NCBI GenBank assembly: GCA_045631845.1
Contig: JAZQVM010000067.1
Location: forward strand, 1-58,200
Source of the DNA: Eubacteriales bacterium
Lineage (GTDB): Bacteria; Bacillota; Clostridia; Oscillospirales; UMGS1783
DNA: 58,200 nt
Direction of reading: 5' to 3'
A program made the translations under genes and the position numbers. Numbering within the stretch: position 1 is the first letter of the stretch; each line of letters begins with the position of its first letter. Shown one piece after another: positions 57,271 through 58,200 of the stretch. The notes beneath the pieces were generated by a model. It had not been told where the DNA came from. It did not search any database and saw only the letters and a list, made by a program, of their open reading frames with translations.

Positions 57271-58200
57271 GCCTTGGGATGCTCGGTATAGCGGGTGGCG
57301 TTTTCCTGCACGGCCTTGGCGATAAACTCGTCAATCGGCATAGCGCCCAAGTTTTCACCGTTGCGGGCACGCACCGTAACGGTGCCTTCCTGCTCCTCAC
57401 GCTCGCCGACAACCAGCATGTAGGGAGTCTTCTGCATCTGCGCTTCGCGAATCTTAAAGCCGATCTTCTCAAAACGGGTGTCGGCCTCACTGCGCAGGCC
57501 GGCGGCCAGCAGGGCGGCATTGACCTTCTCGGCATACTCGTTCTGCGCCGTACCAACGGTCAGCACCTTCATCTGCACGGGCGAGAGCCACAGCGGGAAA
57601 GCGCCGGCAAAATGCTCGGTCAAAATACCAATGAAACGCTCGATCGAGCCGAATACTACACGGTGAATCATGACGGGACGGTGTTTCTCGCCGTCGGCGC
57701 CGGTATATTCCAGTTCAAACCGCTCGGGCAACTGGAAGTCGAGCTGGATAGTGCCGCACTGCCAAGTACGACCCAGCGCATCGGAGAGATGGAAGTCGAG
57801 TTTCGGGCCGTAGAAAGCGCCGTCGCCCTCGTTGATGATGTAATCCTTGCCGATTTCTTCAATGGCGGCTTTCAGGGAGTTGGTGGCCTTCTCCCAATCT
57901 TCCAGCTCGCCCATGTGATCTTCAGGCATGGTGGACAGTTCGATCTGATAGGGGAAGCCGAACAGAGAGTAAACCTCGTCCATCAACTTCACAACATTCT
58001 TAACCTCGTCCTTGATCTGGTCGGGGGTCATGAAGATGTGGGCATCGTCCTGCGTAAAGCAACGCACACGCATCAGGCCGTGGAGTGCGCCCGACAGTTC
58101 GTGGCGGTGCACCAGTCCCAGTTCGCCCATACGCAAGGGCAGTTCGCGGTAGGAGTGCATATTCTGCTTGTAAACCAGCATACCGCCGGGGCAGTTCATG
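57267..58200 (-). CDS. thrS: Threonine--tRNA ligase, C-terminal part (5' end beyond window)
   Basis: Class II aaRS core motifs ([34 protein letters not shown]) and an anticodon-binding domain. The ORF is open to the window edge. Confidence 0.95.
   Translation of the reverse strand, partial: MNCPGGMLVYKQNMHSYRELPLRMGELGLVHRHELSGALHGLMRVRCFTQDDAHIFMTPDQIKDEVKNVVKLMDEVYSLFGFPYQIELSTMPEDHMGELEDWEKATNSLKAAIEEIGKDYIINEGDGAFYGPKLDFHLSDALGRTWQCGTIQLDFQLPERFELEYTGADGEKHRPVMIHRVVFGSIERFIGILTEHFAGAFPLWLSPVQMKVLTVGTAQNEYAEKVNAALLAAGLRSEADTRFEKIGFKIREAQMQKTPYMLVVGEREEQEGTVTVRARNGENLGAMPIDEFIAKAVQENATRYTEHPKA

Noticed and set aside
1-58200. CRISPR arrays, rRNA genes, canonical tRNA genes, prophage structural modules and IS elements with terminal inverted repeats.
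   Set aside because: Reading both strands turned up no regularly spaced repeat-spacer array, no rRNA-like region and no transposase ORF. Only the short local repeats reported above were seen. A computational scan would still be needed to exclude small or degenerate elements.

Overview
This 58.2-kb window looks like a Gram-positive, Clostridia-like chromosome, judged from RNase Y, FemAB, the PadR-DUF1700-DUF4097 operon and DUF3048/DUF3842. Most of it is visibly GC-rich core genome with many spurious antisense ORFs. Bases 1 to about 8840 are a clearly AT-richer foreign segment. It starts with the backbone of a Tn4451-like mobilisable element: a MobV relaxase cut by the window edge, then TnpV. 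The cargo follows in three parts. (i) A minus-strand operon encodes an AMP-forming ligase translationally coupled to a DUF2806-like protein, preceded by a strongly structured leader that ends in an intrinsic terminator. (ii) Divergently, a consensus promoter drives a non-canonical tRNA-like RNA. It has perfect acceptor and T arms but a 37-nt rod in place of the anticodon arm, and it runs without a terminator into two adjacent genes that each carry an aromatic-RNxxxH (HEPN-type Rx4H) motif. (iii) An internal promoter precedes a TIR-like (CAP12/Pycsar-type) protein tightly coupled to an Fpg/Nei glycosylase homologue that has lost all zinc-finger cysteines. I consider 4574-8571 the best candidate in this window for an undescribed defence or conflict system. 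The remaining genes are housekeeping or metabolic. They include a radical SAM/SPASM protein, an AGCS symporter, PadR-DUF1700-DUF4097, rsmF-like and rsmE, an MFS transporter, and a MacB-like ABC fusion. That ABC gene is preceded by a small AT-rich three-gene secreted-protein islet under an apparent leader-peptide attenuator. Further along are a CofE-like ligase, an M18 aminopeptidase, a threonine-aldolase-like enzyme, an SDR, two tandem FemAB genes, dCMP deaminase, ppa, AEC and CDF transporters, livJHMGF, a DUF3048 protein, rny, two CNNM/CBS genes and a Na/Pi-PhoU protein. The window ends with a hexuronate/KDG cluster (uxaC, SDR, TIM-barrel isomerase, Gfo/Idh/MocA, eda, kdgK, AraC), an EamA transporter and the 3' part of thrS. 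I found no rRNA, canonical tRNA, CRISPR array or prophage. All family assignments come from motif recognition by eye, without database searches.
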